Positions 42,501 to 60,500 of a stretch of 64,000 nt of DNA are shown here, one piece after another. A program made the position numbers and the translations under genes. Source of the DNA: Eledone cirrhosa (Eukaryota); contig OZ024740.1 of NCBI GenBank assembly GCA_964016885.1, positions 401,140,001-401,204,000 of the forward strand. The letters run 5' to 3'. Under the pieces are notes generated by a model, which was not told the DNA's origin, did not search any database, and saw only the letters and a program-made list of their open reading frames with translations. Numbering within the stretch: position 1 is the stretch's first letter; each line of letters begins with the position of its first letter.

Positions 42501-45500
42501 TATAGAACACTATGTAGAATCAGTACAGTATAGAACACTATGTAGAATCAGTACAACATACAACACTATGTAGAATCAGCACAGCATAGAACACTATGTA
42601 GAATCAATACAACATAGAACATTATGTAGAATTAGTACAGTATAGAACACTATGTAGAATCAGTACAGTATAGAACACTATGTAGAATCAGTACATCATA
42701 GATCACTATGTAGAATCAGTACAGTATAGACTACTATGCAGAATCAGTACAGTATAGAACACTATGTAGAATCAGTACATCATAGATCACTATGTAGAAT
42801 CAGTACAGTATAGAATACTATGTAGAATCAGTACAGTATAGAACACTATGTAGAATCAGTACAGTATAGAACACTATGTAGAATCAGTACAAGATAGAGC
42901 ACTATGTAGAAACAGTACAGTATAGACCACTATGTATAATCAGTACAGTATAGGACACTATGTAGAACCAGTAGAGTATAGAACACTATGTAGAATCAGT
43001 ACAGTATAGAACACTATGTAGAATCAGTACAGTATAGAACACTATGTAGAATCAGTACAACACAGAACACTATGTAGGATCAGAACACTATAGAACACTA
43101 TGTAAAATCAGTACAACATAGAACACTATGTAGAATCAGTACAGTATAGAGCACTATGTAGAATCAGTACAACATAGAAAAATATGTAGAATCAGCACAA
43201 CATAGAACACTATGTAGAATCAATACAACATAGAACACTATGTAGAATCAGTACAACATAGAACACTATGTAGAATCAGTACAGTATAGAGCACTATGTA
43301 GAATCAGTACAACATAGAACACTGCGTAGAATCAGTATAACATAGAACACTATGTAGAATCAGTACAGTATAGAACACTATGTAGAATCAGAACAGTATA
43401 GAACACTATCTAGAATCAGTATAACATAGAACACTATGTAGAATCAGTAAAGTATAAACTACTATGCAGAATCAGTACAGTATAGAACACTATGTAGAAT
43501 CAGTACAGTATAGAACACTATGTAGAATCAGTACAACATAGAACACTATGTAGAATCAGTACAACATAGAACACTATGTAGAATCAACTAAAAATAGAAC
43601 ATTACGTAGAATCAGTACAACATAGAACACTATGTAGAATCAGTACAGTATAGAGCACTATGTAGAATCAGTACAACATAGAACACTGCGTAGAATCAGT
43701 ATAACATAGAACACTATGTAGAATCAGTAAGTATAGAACCCTATGTAGAATCAGTACAGTATAGAACACTATGTAGAATCAGTATAACATAGAACACTAT
43801 GTAGAATCAGTAAAGTATAAACTACTATGCAGAATCAGTACAGTATAGAACACTATGTAGAATCAGTACAGTATAGAACACTATGTAGAATCAGTACAAC
43901 ATAGAACACTATGTAGAATCAGTACAACATAGAACACTATGTAGAATCAACTAAAAATAGAACATTACGTAGAATCAGTACAAGATAGAACACTATGTAG
44001 AATCATTACAATATAGAACACTGTGTATAATCAGTACAGTATAGAACACTATGTAGAATCAGTACAACATAGAACACTATGTAGAATCAGCACAGCATAG
44101 AACACTATTTAGAATCAATACAACATAGAACACTATGTAGAATTAGTACAGTATAGAACACTATGTAGAATCAGTACAGTATAGAACACTATGTAGAATC
44201 AGTACATCATAGATCACTATATAGAATCAGTACAGTATAGAATACTATGTAGAATCAGTACAGTATAGAACACTATGTAGAATCAGTACAACATAGAACA
44301 CCATGTAGAATCAACTAAAAATAGAACATTACGTAGAATCAGTACAACATAGAACACTATGTAGAATCAGTACAATATAGAACACTGTGTATAATCAGTA
44401 CAGTATAGAACACTATATAGAATCAGTACAACATTGAACACTATGCATAATCAGTACAGTATAGACCACTATGTAGAATCACTAAAACATAGAACACTAT
44501 GTAGAATCAACACAACATAGAACACTATGTAGAATCAGTACACTATAGAACACTATGTAGAATCAGTACAACATAGAACACTATGTAGAATCAGTACAAC
44601 ATAGAACACCATGTAGAATCAGTACAGTATAGAACACTATGTAGAATCAGTACAGTATAGAACACTATGTAGAATCAGTACAACATAGAACACTATGTAG
44701 AATCAGCACAGCATAGAACACTATGTAGAATCAATACAACATAGAACACTATGTAGAATTAGTACATTATAGAACACTATGTAGGTTCAATACAGAATAG
44801 AACACTATGTAGAATCAGTACATCGTAGATCACTATGTAGAATCAGTACAGTATAGAATACTATGTAGAATCAGTACAGTATAGAACACTATGTAGAATC
44901 AGTACAGTATAGAACACTATGTAGAATCAGTACAACATAGATCACTATGTAGAATCAGTACAGTATAGAACACTATGTATAATCAGTACAGTATAGAACA
45001 ATATGTAGAATCAGTACAACATAGAACACCATGTAGAATCAACTCAACATAGAACATTACGTAGAATCAGTACAACATAGAACACTATGTAGAATCAGTA
45101 AAGTATAGAACACTATGTAGCACCAGCACAACATAGAACACTATGTAGAATCAGTACAGTATAGAACACTATGAATAATCAGTACAGTATAGAAAACTAT
45201 GTAGAATCAGTACAACATAGAACACCATGTAGAATCAACTAAAAATAGAACATTACGTAGAATCAGTACAACATAAAACACTATGTAGAATCAGTACAAT
45301 ATAGAACACTGTGTATAATCAGTACAGTATAGAACACTATGTAGAATCAGTACAACATAGAACACTATGTATAATCAGTACAGTATAGACCACTATGTAG
45401 AATCACTAAAACATTGAACACTATGTAGAATCAACACAACATAGAACACTATGTAGAATCAGTACACTATAGAACACTATGTAGAATCAGTACAACATAG

Positions 45501-48500
45501 AACACTATGTAGAATCAGTACAACATAGAACACCATGTAGAATCAGTACAGTATAGAACACTATGTAGAATCAGTACAGTATAGAACACTATGTAGAATC
45601 AGTACGACATAGAACACTATGTAGAATCAGCACAGCATAGAACACTATGTAGAATCAGTACATCGTAGATCACTATGTAGAATCAGTACAACATAGAACA
45701 CTATGTATAATCAGTACAGTATAGACCACTATGTAGAATCACTAAAACATTGAACACTATGTAGAATCAGTACAGTATAGAATACTATGTAGAATCAGTA
45801 CAATATAGAACACTATGTAGAATCAGTACAGTATAGAACACTATGTAGAATCAGTACAGCATAGAGCACTATGTAGAATCAGTACAGTATAGAACACTAT
45901 GTATATTCAGTACAGTATAGAACAATATGTAGAATCAGTACAACACAGAACACCATGTAGAATCAACTCAACATAGAACATTACGTAGAATCAGTACAAC
46001 ATAGAACACTATGTAGAATCAGTACAATATAGAACACTGTGTATAATCAGTACAGTATAGAACACTATGTAGAATCAGTACAACATAGAACACTATGTAG
46101 AATCAGTACAATATAGAACACTGTGTATAATCAGTACAGTATAGACCACTATGTAGAATCACTAAAACATTGAACACTATGTAGAATCAACACAACATAG
46201 AACACTATGTAGAATCAGTACACTATAGAACACTATGTAGAATCAGTACAACATAGAATACTATGTAGAATCAGTACAACATAGAACACTATGTAGAATC
46301 AGTACAGTATAGAACACTATGTAGAATCAGTACAGTATAGAACACTATGTAGAAACAGTACAACATAGAACACTATGTATAATCAGTACAGTATAGACCA
46401 CTATGTAGAATCACTAAAACATTGAACACTATGTAGAATCAACACAACATAGAACACTATGTAGAATCAGTACACTATAACACACTATGTAGAATCAGTA
46501 CAACATAGAATACTATGTAGAATCAGTACAACATAGAACACTATGTAGAATCAGTACAGTATAGAACACTATGTAGAATCAGTACAGTATAGAACACTAT
46601 GTAGAATCAGTACAACATACAACACTATGTAGAATCAGCACAGCATAGAACACTATGTAGAATCAATACAACATAGAACATTATGTAGAATTAGTACAGT
46701 ATAGAACACTATGTAGAATCAGTACAGTATAGAACACTATGTAGAATCAGTACATCATAGATCACTATGTAGAATCAGTACAGTATAGACTACTATGCAG
46801 AATCAGTACAGTATAGAGCACTATGTAGAATCAGTACAACATAGAACACTATGTAGAATCAGCACAACATAGAACACTATGTAGAATCAATACAACATAG
46901 AACATTATGTAGAATTAGTACACTATAGAACACTATGTAGAATCAGTACATCATAGATCACTATGTAGAATCAGTACAGTATAGAATACTATGTAGAATC
47001 AGTACAGTATAGAACACTATGTAGAATCAGTACAGTATAGAACACTATGTAGAATCAGTACAAGATAGAGCACTATGTAGAAACAGTACAGTATAGACCA
47101 CTATGTATAATCAGTACAGTATAGGACACTATGTAGAACCAGTAGAGTATAGAACACTATGTAGAATCAGTACAGTATAGAACACTATGTAGAATCAGTA
47201 CAGTATAGAACACTATGTAGAATCAGTACAACACAGAACACTATGTAGGATCAGAACACTATAGAACACTATGTAAAATCAGTACAACATAGAACACTAT
47301 GTAGAATCAGTACAGTATAGAGCACTATGTAGAATCAGTACAACATAGAAAAATATGTAGAATCAGCACAACATAGAACACTATGTAGAATCAATACAAC
47401 ATAGAACACTATGTAGAATCAGTACAACATAGAACACTATGTAGAATCAGTACAGTATAGAGCACTATGTAGAATCAGTACAACATAGAACACTGCGTAG
47501 AATCAGTATAACATAGAACACTATGTAGAATCAGTACAGTATAGAACACTATGTAGAATCAGAACAGTATAGAACACTATGTAGAACCAGTACAACATAG
47601 AACACTATGTAGAATCAGTACAGCATAGAACACTATGTATAAGCATAGAACACTATGTATAATCAGTACAGTATAGAACACTATGTAGAATCAGTACAAC
47701 ATAGAACAACATGTAGAATCAACTAAAAATAGAACATTACGTACAATCAGTACAACATAGAACACTATGTAGAATCGGTACAACATAGAACACTATGTAG
47801 AATCAGTACAACATAGAACACTATGTAGAATCAGCACAGCATAGAACACTATTTACAATCAATACAACATAGAACACTATGTAGAATTAGTACAGTATAG
47901 AACACTATGTAGAATCAGTACATCATAGAACACTATGTAGAATCAGTACAGTATAGAATACTATGTAGAATCAGTACAGTATAGAACACTATGTAGAATC
48001 AGTACAGTATAGAACACTATGTAGAATCATTACAATATAGAACACTGTGTATAATCAGTACAGTATAGAACACTATGTAGAATCAGTACAACATAGAACA
48101 CTATGTAGAATCAGCACAGCATAGAACACTATTTAGAATCAATACAAACTAGAACACTATGTAGAATTATTACAGTATAGAACACTATGTAGAATCAGTA
48201 CATTATAGAACACTATGTAGAATCAGTACATCATAGATCACTATGTAGAATCAGTACAGTATAGAAAACTATGTAGAATCAGTACAGTAGAGAACACCAT
48301 GTAGAATCAACTAAAAATAGAACATTACGTAGAATCAGAACGACATAGAACACTATGTAGAATCAGTACAATATAGAACACTGTGTATAATCAGTACAGT
48401 ATAGAACACTATGTAGAATCAGTACAACATAGAACACTATGTATAATCAGTACAGTATAGACCACTATGTAGAATCACTAAAACATTGAACACTATGTAG

Positions 48501-51500
48501 AATCAACACAACATAGAACACTGTGTACAATCAGTACACTATAGAACACTATGTAGAATCAGTACAACATAGAACACCATGTAGAATCAGTACAGTATAG
48601 AACACTATGTAGAATCAGTACAGTATAGAACACTATGTAGAATCAGTACGACATAGAACACTATGTAGAATCAGCACAGCATAGAACACTATGTAGAATC
48701 AATACAACATAGAACACTATGTAGAATTAGTACAGTATAGAACACTATGTAGAATCAGTACAGTATAGAACACTATGTAGAATCAGTACATCATACATCA
48801 CCAAGTAGAATCAGTACAGTATAGAACACTATGTATAATCAGTACAGTATAGAACAATATGTAGAATCAGTACAACATAGAACACCATGTAGAATCAACT
48901 CAACATAGAACATTACGTAGAATCAGTACAACATAGAACACTATGTAGAATCAGTACAGTATAGAACACTATGTAGAATCAGAACAGTATAGAACACTAT
49001 GTAGAACCAGTACAACATAGAACACTATGTAGAATCAGTACAGTATTGAACACTATGAATAATCAGTACAGCATAGAAAACTATGTAGAATCAGTACAAC
49101 ATAGAACACCATGTAGAATCAACTAAAAATAGAACATTACGTAGAATCAGTACAACATAGAACACTATGTAGAATCAGTACAATATAGAACACTGTGTAT
49201 AATCAGTACAGTATAGAACACTATGTAGAATCAGTACAACATAGAACACTATGTATAATCAGTACAGTATAGACCACTATGTAGAATCACTAAAACATTG
49301 AACACTATGTAGAATCAACACAACATAGAACACTATGTAGAATCAGTACACTATAGAACACTATGTAGAATCAGTACAACATAGAATACTATGTAGAATC
49401 AGTACAACATAGAACACTATGTAGGATCAGTACAACATAGAACACTATGTAGAATCAGCACAGCATAGAACACTATGTAGAATCAATACAACATAGAACA
49501 CTATGTAGAATTAGTACAGTATAGAACACTATGTAGAGTCAGTACATTATAGACTACTATGCAGAATCTGTACGGTATAGTACACTATGTAGAATAAGTA
49601 CAAGATAGAGCGCTATGTAGAAACAGTACAACATAGAATACTATGTAGAATTAGTACAGTATAGAACACTATGTAGAATCAGTACAGTATAGAACACTAT
49701 GTATAATAAGTACAAGATAGGGCGCTATGTAGAAACAGTACAGTATAGACCACTATGTATAATCAGTACAGTATAGGACACTATGTAGAATCAGTACAGT
49801 ATAGAACACTATGTAGAATCAGTACAGTATAGAACACTATGTAGAATCAGTACAGTATAGAACACTATGTAGAATCAGTACAGTATAGAACACTATGTTT
49901 AATTAGTACAACACAGAACACTATGTAGAATCTGTGCAACATAGAACACTATGTAGAATCAGTACAACATAGAGCACTATATAGAATCAGTACAACATAG
50001 AACACTATGTAGATACAGTACAGTATAGAACACTATGTAGAATCAGTACAACATAGAACACTATGTAGAATCAGTACAACATAGAACACTATATAGAATC
50101 AGTACAACATAGAACACTATGTAGATACAGTACAGTATAGAACACTATGTAGAATCAGTACAACATAGAACATTATGCAGAATCTGTACAGTATAGAACA
50201 CTATGTAGAATCAGAACACTATAGTACACTATGTAGAATCAGTACAGTATAGAACACTATGTAGGATCAGAACACTATAGAACACTATGTAAAATCAGTA
50301 CAACATAGAACACTATGTAGAATCAGTACAGTATAGAGCACTATGTAGAATCAGTACAACATAGAACAATATGTAGAATCAGCACAACATAGAACACTAT
50401 GTAGAATCAATACAACATAGAACACTATGTAGAATCAGTACAACATAAAACACTATCTAGAATCAGTACAGTATAGAGCACTATGTAGAATCAGTACAAC
50501 ATAGAACACTACGTAGAATCAGTATAACATAGAAGACTATGTAGAATCAGTACAGTATAGAACACTATGTAGAATCAGAACAGTATAGAACACTATGTAG
50601 AACCAGTACAACATAGAACACTATGTAGAATCAGTACAGCATAGAACACTATGTATAATCAGTACAGTATAGAACACTATGTAGAATCAGTACAACATAG
50701 AACACCATGTAGAATCAACTAAAAATAGAACATTACGTAGAATCAGTACAACATAGAACACTATGTAGAATCAGTACAATATAGAACACTGTGTATAATC
50801 AGTACAGTATAGAACACTATGTAGAATCAGTACAACATAGAACACTATGTATAATCAGTACAGTATAAACCACTATGCAGAATCACTAAAACATTGAACA
50901 CTATGTAGAATCAACACAACATAGAACACTATGTAGAATCAGTACACTATAGAACACTATGTAGAATCAGTACAACATAGAACACTATGTAGAGTCAGTA
51001 CAACATAGAACACCATGTAGAATCAGTACAGTATAGAACACTATGTAGAATCAGTACAGTATAGAACACTATGTAGAATCAGTACAACATAGAACACTAT
51101 GAAGAATCAGCACAGCATAGAACACTATGTAGAATCAATACAACATAGAACACTATGTAGAATTAGTACAGTATAGAACACTATGTAGAATCAATACAGT
51201 ATAGAAGACTATGTAGAATCAGTACATCATAGATCACTATGTAGAATCAGTACAGTATAGAATACTATGTAGAATCAGTACGGTATAGAACACTATGTAG
51301 AATCAGTACAACATAGAACACCATGTAGAATCAACTAAAAATAGAACATTACGTAGAATCAGTACAACATAGAACACAATATAGAATCAGTACAATATAG
51401 AACACTGTGTATAATCAGTACAGTATAGAACACTATATAGAATCAGTACAGTATAGAACACTATGTAGAATCAGAACAGTATAGAACACTATGTAGAACC

Positions 51501-54500
51501 AGTACAACATAGAACACTATGTAGAATTTGTGCATCATAGAACACTATGTAGAATTAGTACAGTAGAGAACGCTATGTAGAATCAGTACAGTATAGAACA
51601 CTATGTAGAACCAGTACAACATAGAACACTATGTAGAATCAGTACGACATAGAACACTATGTATAATCAGTACAGTATAGAACACTATGTAAAATCAGTA
51701 CAACATAGAACACCATGCAGAATCAACTCAACATAGAACATTACGTAGAATCAGTACAGTATAGAACACTATGTAGAATCAGTACAGTATAGAACACTAT
51801 GTAGAATCAGAACAGGATAGAACACTATGTAGAACCAGTACAACATAGAACACTATGTATAATCAGTACAGTATAGAACACTATGTAGAATCAGTACAAC
51901 ATAGAACACTATGTATAATCAGTACAGTATAGACCACTATGTAGAATCACTAAAACATTGAACACTATGTAGAATCAGTACAACATAGAACACTATGTAG
52001 AATCAGTACAACATAGAACACTATGTAATAATCAGTATAGTATAGAACACTATGTAGAATCAGTACAGTATAGAACACTACGTAGAATCAGTACAACATA
52101 GAACACTATGTAGAATCAGTACAGTATAGAATACTATGTAGAATTAGTACAGTATAGAACACTATGTAGAATCAGTACAGTATAGAACACTATGTAGAAT
52201 CAGTACAACATAGAGCACTATGTAGAAACAGTACAGTATAGACCACTATGTAGAATCAGTACAGTATAGAGCACTATGTAGAATCAGTACAACATAGAAC
52301 ACTACGTAGAACCAGTACAACATAGAACACTATGTATAATCAGTACAGCATAGAACACTATGTATAATCAGTACAGTATAGAACACTATGTAGAATCAGT
52401 ACAACATAGAACACCATGTAGAATCAACTAAAAATAGAACATTACGTAGAATCAGTACAACAAAGAACACTATGTAGAATCAGTACAATATAGAACACTG
52501 TGTATAATCAGAACAGTATAGAACACTATGTAGAATCAGTACAACATAGAACACTATGTATAATCAGTACAGTATAGACCACTATGTAGAATCAGTACAG
52601 TATAGAACACTATGTAGAATCAGTACAACATAGAGCACTTCTGTAGAATCAGTACAGTATAGAATACTATGTAGAATCAGTACAGTATAGAACACAATGT
52701 AGAATCAGTACAACATAGAACACTATGCATAATCAGTACAGTATAGACCACTATGTAGAATCACTAAAACATTGAACACTATGTAGAATCAACAAAACAT
52801 AGAACACTATGTAGAATCAGTACACTATAGAACACTATGTAGAATCAGTACAACATAGAACACTATGTAGACACAGTACAACATAGAACACTATGTAGAA
52901 TCAGTACAGTATAGAACACTATGTAGAATCAGTACAGTGTAGAACACTATGTAGAATCAGTACAACATAGAACACTATGTAGAATCAGCACAGCATAGAA
53001 CACTATGTAGAATCAATACAACATAGAACACTATGTAGAATTAGTACAGTATAGAACACTATGTAGGTTCAATACATTATAGAACACTATGTAGAATCAG
53101 TACAATATAGAACACTGTGTATAATCAGTACAGTATAGACCACTATGTAGAATCACTAAAACATTGAACACTATGTAGAATCAACACAACATAGAACACT
53201 ATGTAGAACCAGTACACTATAGAACACTATATAGAATCAGTACAACATAGAACACTATGTAGAATCAGTACAACATAGAACACTATGTAATAATCAGTAT
53301 AGTATAGAACACTATGTAGAATCAGTACAGTATAGAACACTATGTATAATCAGTACAGTATAGACCACTATGTAGAATCACTAAAACATTGAACACTATG
53401 TAGAATCAACACAACATAGAACACTATGTAGAATCAGTACAGTATAGACCACTATGTAGAATCAGTACAGTATAGGACACTATGTAGTATCAGTACAGTA
53501 TAGAACACTATATTGAATCAGTACAACATAGAACACCATGTAGAATCAACTAAAAATAGAACATTACGTAGAATCAGTACAACATAGAACACTATGTAGA
53601 ACCAGTACACTATAGAACACTATATAGAATCAGTACAACATAGAACACTATGTAGAATCAGGAAAACATAGAGCACTATGTAGAAACAGTACAGTATAGA
53701 CCACTATGTAGAATCAGTACAGTATAGGACACTATGTAGAATCAGTATAGTATAGAACACTATGTAGAATCAGTACAGTATAGAACACTATGTAGAATCA
53801 GTACAGTATAGAACACTATGTAGAATCAGGAAAACATAGAGCACTATGTAGAAACAGTACAGTATAGACCACTATGTAGAATCAGTACAGTATAGGACAC
53901 TATGTAGAATCAGTACAGTATAGAGCACTATGTAGAATCAGTACAATATAGAACATTATGTAGAATCAGTAAGTATAGAACACTATGTAGAGTCAGTACA
54001 GTATAGAACACTATGTAGAATCAGTATAACATAGAACACTATGTAGAATCAGTACAGTATAGACTACTATGCACAATCAGTACAACATAGAACGCTATGT
54101 AGAATCTGTACAGTATAGAACACTATGTAGAATCAGTACAACATAGAACACTATGTAGAATCAGTACAACATAGAACACTATGTAGAATCAGTACAGTAT
54201 AGAACACTATGTAGAATCAGTACAACATAGAACACTATGTAGAATCAGTACAACATAGAACACTATGAAGAATCAGTACAACATAGAACACTATGTAGAA
54301 TCAGTACAACATAGAACACCATGTAGAATCAATTCAACATAGAACATTACGTAGAATCAGTATAACATAGAACACTATGTAGAATCAGTACAGTATAGAA
54401 CACTATGTAGAATCAGAACAGTATAGAAAAATATGTAGAACCAGTACGACATAGAACACTATGTAGAATCAGTACAGTATAGAACACTATGTATAATCAG

Positions 54501-57500
54501 TACAGTATAGAACACTATGTAGAATCAGTACAACATAGAACACCATGTAGAATCAACTAAAAATAGAACATTACATAGAATCAGTACAACATAGAACACT
54601 ATGTAGAATCGGTACAGCATAGAACACTATGTAGAATCAGTACAACATAGAACACTATGTAGAATCAGCACAACATAGAACACTATGTAGAATCAATACA
54701 AGATAGAACACTATGTAGAATTAGTACAGTATAGAACACTATGTAGAATCAGTACAGTATAGACCACTATGTAGAATCAGTACAGTATAGGACACTATGT
54801 AGAATCAGTACAGTATAGAACACTATGTAGAATCAGTACAGTATAGAACACTATGTAGAATTAGTACAACATAGAACAGTATGTATAATCAGTACAGTAT
54901 AGACCACTATGTAGAATCACTAAAACATTGAACACTATGTAGAATCAACACAACATAGAACACTATGTAGAATCAGTACACTATAGAACACTATGTAAAA
55001 TCAGTACAATATAGAACACTATGTAGAATCAGTACAACATAGAACACCATGTAGAATCAATTCAACATAGAACATTACGTAGAATCAGTACAACATAGAA
55101 CACTATGTAGAATCAGTACAGTATAGAACACTATGTAGAATCAGAACAGTATAGAACACTATGTAGAACCAGTACGACATAGAACACTATGTAGAATCAG
55201 TACAGTATAGAACACTATGTATAATCAGTACAGTATAGAACACTATGTAGAATCAGTACAACATAGAACACCATGTAGAATCAACTAAAAACAGAACATT
55301 ACATAGAATCAGTACAACATAGAACACTATGTAGAATCAGCACAGCATAGAACTCTATGTAGAATCAATACAACATAGAACACTATGTAGAATTAGTACA
55401 GTATAGAACACTATGTAGAATCAGTACAGTATAGAACACTATGTAGAATCAGTACATCATAGAACACTATGTAGAATCAGTACAGTATAGAATACAATGT
55501 AGAATCAGTACAGTATAGAACACTATGTAGAATCAGTACAGTATAGAACACTATGTAGAATCAGTACAACATAGAACACTATGTAGAATCAGTACAGTAT
55601 AGAACACTATGTAGAATCAGTACAACATAGAACACTGTGTAGAATCAGTACAATATAGAACACTGTGTATAATCAGTACAGTATAGAACATTATGTAGAA
55701 TCAGTACAACATAGAACACTATGTAGAATATGTACCACATAGAACACTATGTAGAATCAATTCCACATAGAACATTACGTAGAATCAGTACAACATAGAA
55801 CACTATGTAGAATCAGTACAGTATAGAACACTATGTAGAATCAGTAAGTATAGAGCACTATGTAGAATCAGTACAGTATAGAACACTATGTAGAATCAGT
55901 ACAATATAGAACACTATGTAGAATCAGTAAGTATAGAACACTATGTAGAATCAGTACAGTATAGAACACTATGCAGAATCAGTACAACATAGAACACTAT
56001 GTAGAATCAGTACAGTATAGAACACTATGTAGAATCAGTACACTATAGAACACTATGTAAAATCAGTACAACATAGAACACTATGTAGAATCAGTACAAC
56101 ATAGAACACTATGTAGAATCAGTACAACATAGAACACCATGTAGAATCAATTCAACATAGAACATTACGTAGAATCAGTACAACATAGAACACTATGCAG
56201 AATCAGTACAACATAGAACACTATGTAGAATCAATACATCATAGAACACTATGTAGAATCAGTACAGTATAGAACACTATGTAGAATCAGTACAATATAG
56301 AACACTATGTAGAATCAGTATTTATAGAACACTATGTAGAATCAGTACAATATAGAACACTATTTAGAATCAGTACAGTATAGAACACTATGTAGAATCA
56401 GTACAGTTTAGAACATTATATAGAATCAGTACAATATAGAACACTATATAGAATCAGTAAGTATAGAACACTATGTAGAATCAGTACACTATAGAACACT
56501 ATGTAGAATCAGTACAGTATAGAACACTATGTAGAATCAGTGCAGTATAGAACACTATGTAGAATCAGTACAGTATAGAGCACTATGTAGAATCAGTACA
56601 ACATAGAACACTATGTAGAATCAGAACACTATAGAACACTATGTAGAATCAGTACAGTATAGAACACTATGTAGGATCAGAACACTATAGAACACTATGT
56701 AAAATCAGTACAACATAGAACACTATGTAGAATCAGTACAACATAGAACACCATGTAGAATCAATTTAACATAGAACATTACGTAGAATCAGTACAACAT
56801 AGAACACTATGTAGAATCAGTACAGTATAGAACACTATGTAGAATCAGAACAGTATAGAACACTATGTAGAACCAGTACGACATAGAACACTATGTAGAA
56901 TCAGTACAGTATAGAACACTATGTATAATCAGTACAGTATAGAACACTATGTAGAATCAGTACAACATAGAACACCATGTAGAATCAACTAAAAACAGAA
57001 CATTACATAGAATCAGTACAACATAGAACACTATGTAGAATCGGTACAACATAGAACACTATGTAGAATCAGTACAACATAGAACACTATGTAGAATCAG
57101 CACAGCATAGAACACTATGTAGAATCAATACAACATAGAACACTATGTAGAATTAGTACAGTATAGAACACTATGTAGAATCAGTACAGTATAGAACACT
57201 ATGTAGAATCAGTACATCATAGAACACTATGTAGAATCAGTACAGTATAGAATACTATGTAGAATCAGTACAGTATAGAACACTATGTAGAATCAGTACA
57301 GTATAGAACACTATGTAGAATCAGTACAACATAGACCACTATCTAGAATCAGTACAGTATAGACCACTATGTAGAATCAGTACAGTATAGGACACTATGT
57401 AGAATCAGTACAGTATAGAACACTATGTAGAATCAGTACAGTATAGAACACTATGTAGAATCAGTACAACATAGAACACTATGTATAATCAGTACAGTAT

Positions 57501-60500
57501 AGACCACTATGTAGAATCACTAAAACATTGAACACTATGTAGAATCAACACAACATAGAACACTATGTAGAATCAGTACACTATAGAACACTATGTAGAA
57601 TCAGTACAACATAGAACACTATGTAGAATCAGTACAACATAGAAAACTATGTAGAATCAGTACAGTATAGAACACTATGTAGATTCAGTACAGTATAGAA
57701 CACTATGTAGAATCAGTACAGTATAGAACACTATGTAGAATCAGTACAACATAGAACACTATGTATAATCAGTACAGTATAGACCACTATGTAGAATCAC
57801 TAAAACATTGAACACTATGTAGAATCAACACAACATAGAACACTATGTAGAATCAGTACAGTATAGACCACTATGTAGAATCAGTACAGTATAGGACACT
57901 ATGTAGTATCAGTACAGTATAGAACACTATATTGCATCAGTACAACATAGAACACCATGCAGAATCAACTAAAAATAGAACATTACGTAGAATCAGTACA
58001 ACATAGAACACTATGTAGAATCAGTACAATATAGAACACTGTGTATAATCAGTACAGTATAGAACACTATGTAGAATCAGTACAACATAGAACACTATGC
58101 ATAATCAGTACAGTATAGACCACTATGTAGAATCACTAAAACATTGAACACTATGTAGAATCAACACAACATAGAACACTATGTAGAATCAGTACACTAT
58201 AGAACACTATGTAGAATCAGTACAACATAGAACACTATGTAGCCTCAGTACAACATAGAACACCATGTAGAATCAGTACAGTATAGAACACTATGTAGAA
58301 TCAGTACAGTATAGAACACTATGTAGAATCAGTACAACATAGAACACTATGTAGAATCAGCACAGCATAGAACACTATGTAGAATCAGTACAACATAGAA
58401 CACTTTGTAGAATTAGTACAGTATAGAACACTATGTAGGTTCAATACAATATAGAACACTATGTATAATCAGTACATCGTAGATCACTATGTAGGATCAA
58501 TACAACATAGAGCACTATGTAGAATCAGTACAGTATAGAACACTATGTAGAATCAGTACAGTATAGAACACTATGTAGAATCAGTACAACATAGAACACT
58601 GTGTAGAATCAGTACAATATAGAACACTGTGTATAATCAGTACAGTATAGAACATTATGTAGAATCAGTACAACATAGAACACTATGTAGAATATGTACC
58701 ACATAGAACACTATGTAGAATCAATTCAACATAGAACATTACGTAGAATCAGTACAACATAGAACACTATGTAGAATCAGTACAGTATAGAACACTATGT
58801 AGAATCAGTATGTATAGAGCACTATGTAGAATCAGTACAGTATAGAACACTATGTAGAATCAGTACAATATAGAACACTATGTAGAATCAGTAAGTATAG
58901 AACACTATGTAGAATCAGTACAGTATAGAACACTATGCAGAATCAGTACAACATAGAACACTATGTAGAATCAGTACAGTATAGAACACTATGTAGAATC
59001 AGTACACTATAAAACACTATGTAAAATCAGTACAACATAGAACACTATGTAGAATCAGTACAACATAGAACACTATGTAGAATCAGTACAACATAGAACA
59101 CCATGTAGAATCAATTCAACATAGAACATTACGTAGAATCAGTACAACATAGAACACTATGTAGAATCAGTACAACATAGAACACTATGTAGAATCAGTA
59201 CATCATAGAACACTATGTAGAATCAGTACAATATAGAACACTATGTAGAATCAGTAAGTATAGAACACTATGTAGAATCAGTACAATATAGAACACTATT
59301 TAGAATCAGTACAGTATAGAACACTATGTAGAATCAGTACAGTATAGAACACTATATAGAATCAGTACAATATAGAACACTATATAGAATCAGTAAGTAT
59401 AGAACACTATGTAGAATCAGTACACTATAGAACACTATGTAGAATCAGTACAGTATAGAACACTATGTAGAATCAGTACAGTATAGAACACTATTTAGAA
59501 TCAGTACAGTATAGAACACTATGTAGAATCAGTACAGTTTAGAACATTATATAGAATCAGTACAATATAGAACACTATATAGAATCAGTAAGTATAGAAC
59601 ACTATGTAGAATCAGTACACTATAGAACACTATGTAGAATCAGTACAGTATAGAACACTATGTAGAATCAGTACAGTATATAACACTATGTAGAATCAGT
59701 ACAGTATAGAACACTATGTAGAATCAGTACAACATAGAACACTATGTAGAATCAGAACACTATAGAACACTATGTAGAATCAGTACAGTATAGAACACTA
59801 TGTAGGATCAGAACACTATAGAACACTATGTTTAAATCAGTACAACATAGAACACCATGCAGAATCAACTAAAAATAGAACATTACGTAGAATCAGTACA
59901 ACATAGAACACTATGTAGAATCAGTACAATATAGAACACTGTGTATAATCAGTACAGTATAGAACACTATGTAGAATCAGTACAACATAGAACACTATGC
60001 ATAATCAGTACAGTATAGACCACTATGTAGAATCACTAAAACATTGAACACTATGTAGAATCAACACAACATAGAACACTATGTAGAATCAGTACACTAT
60101 AGAACACTATGTAGAATCAGTACAACATAGAACACTATGTAGACTCAGTACAACATAGAACACCATGTAGAATCAGTACAGTATAGAACACTATGTAGAA
60201 TCAGTACAGTATAGAACACTATGTAGAATCAGTACAACATAGAACACTATGTAGAATCAGCACAGCATAGAACACTATGTAGAATCAGTACAACATAGAA
60301 CACTGTGTAGAATCAGTACAATATAGAACACTGTGTATAATCAGTACAGTATAGAACATTATGTAGAATCAGTACAACATAGAACACTATGTAGAATATG
60401 TACCACATAGAACACTATGTAGAATCAATTCAACATAGAACATTACGTAGAATCAGTACAACATAGAACACAATGTAGAATCAGTACAGTATAGAACACT

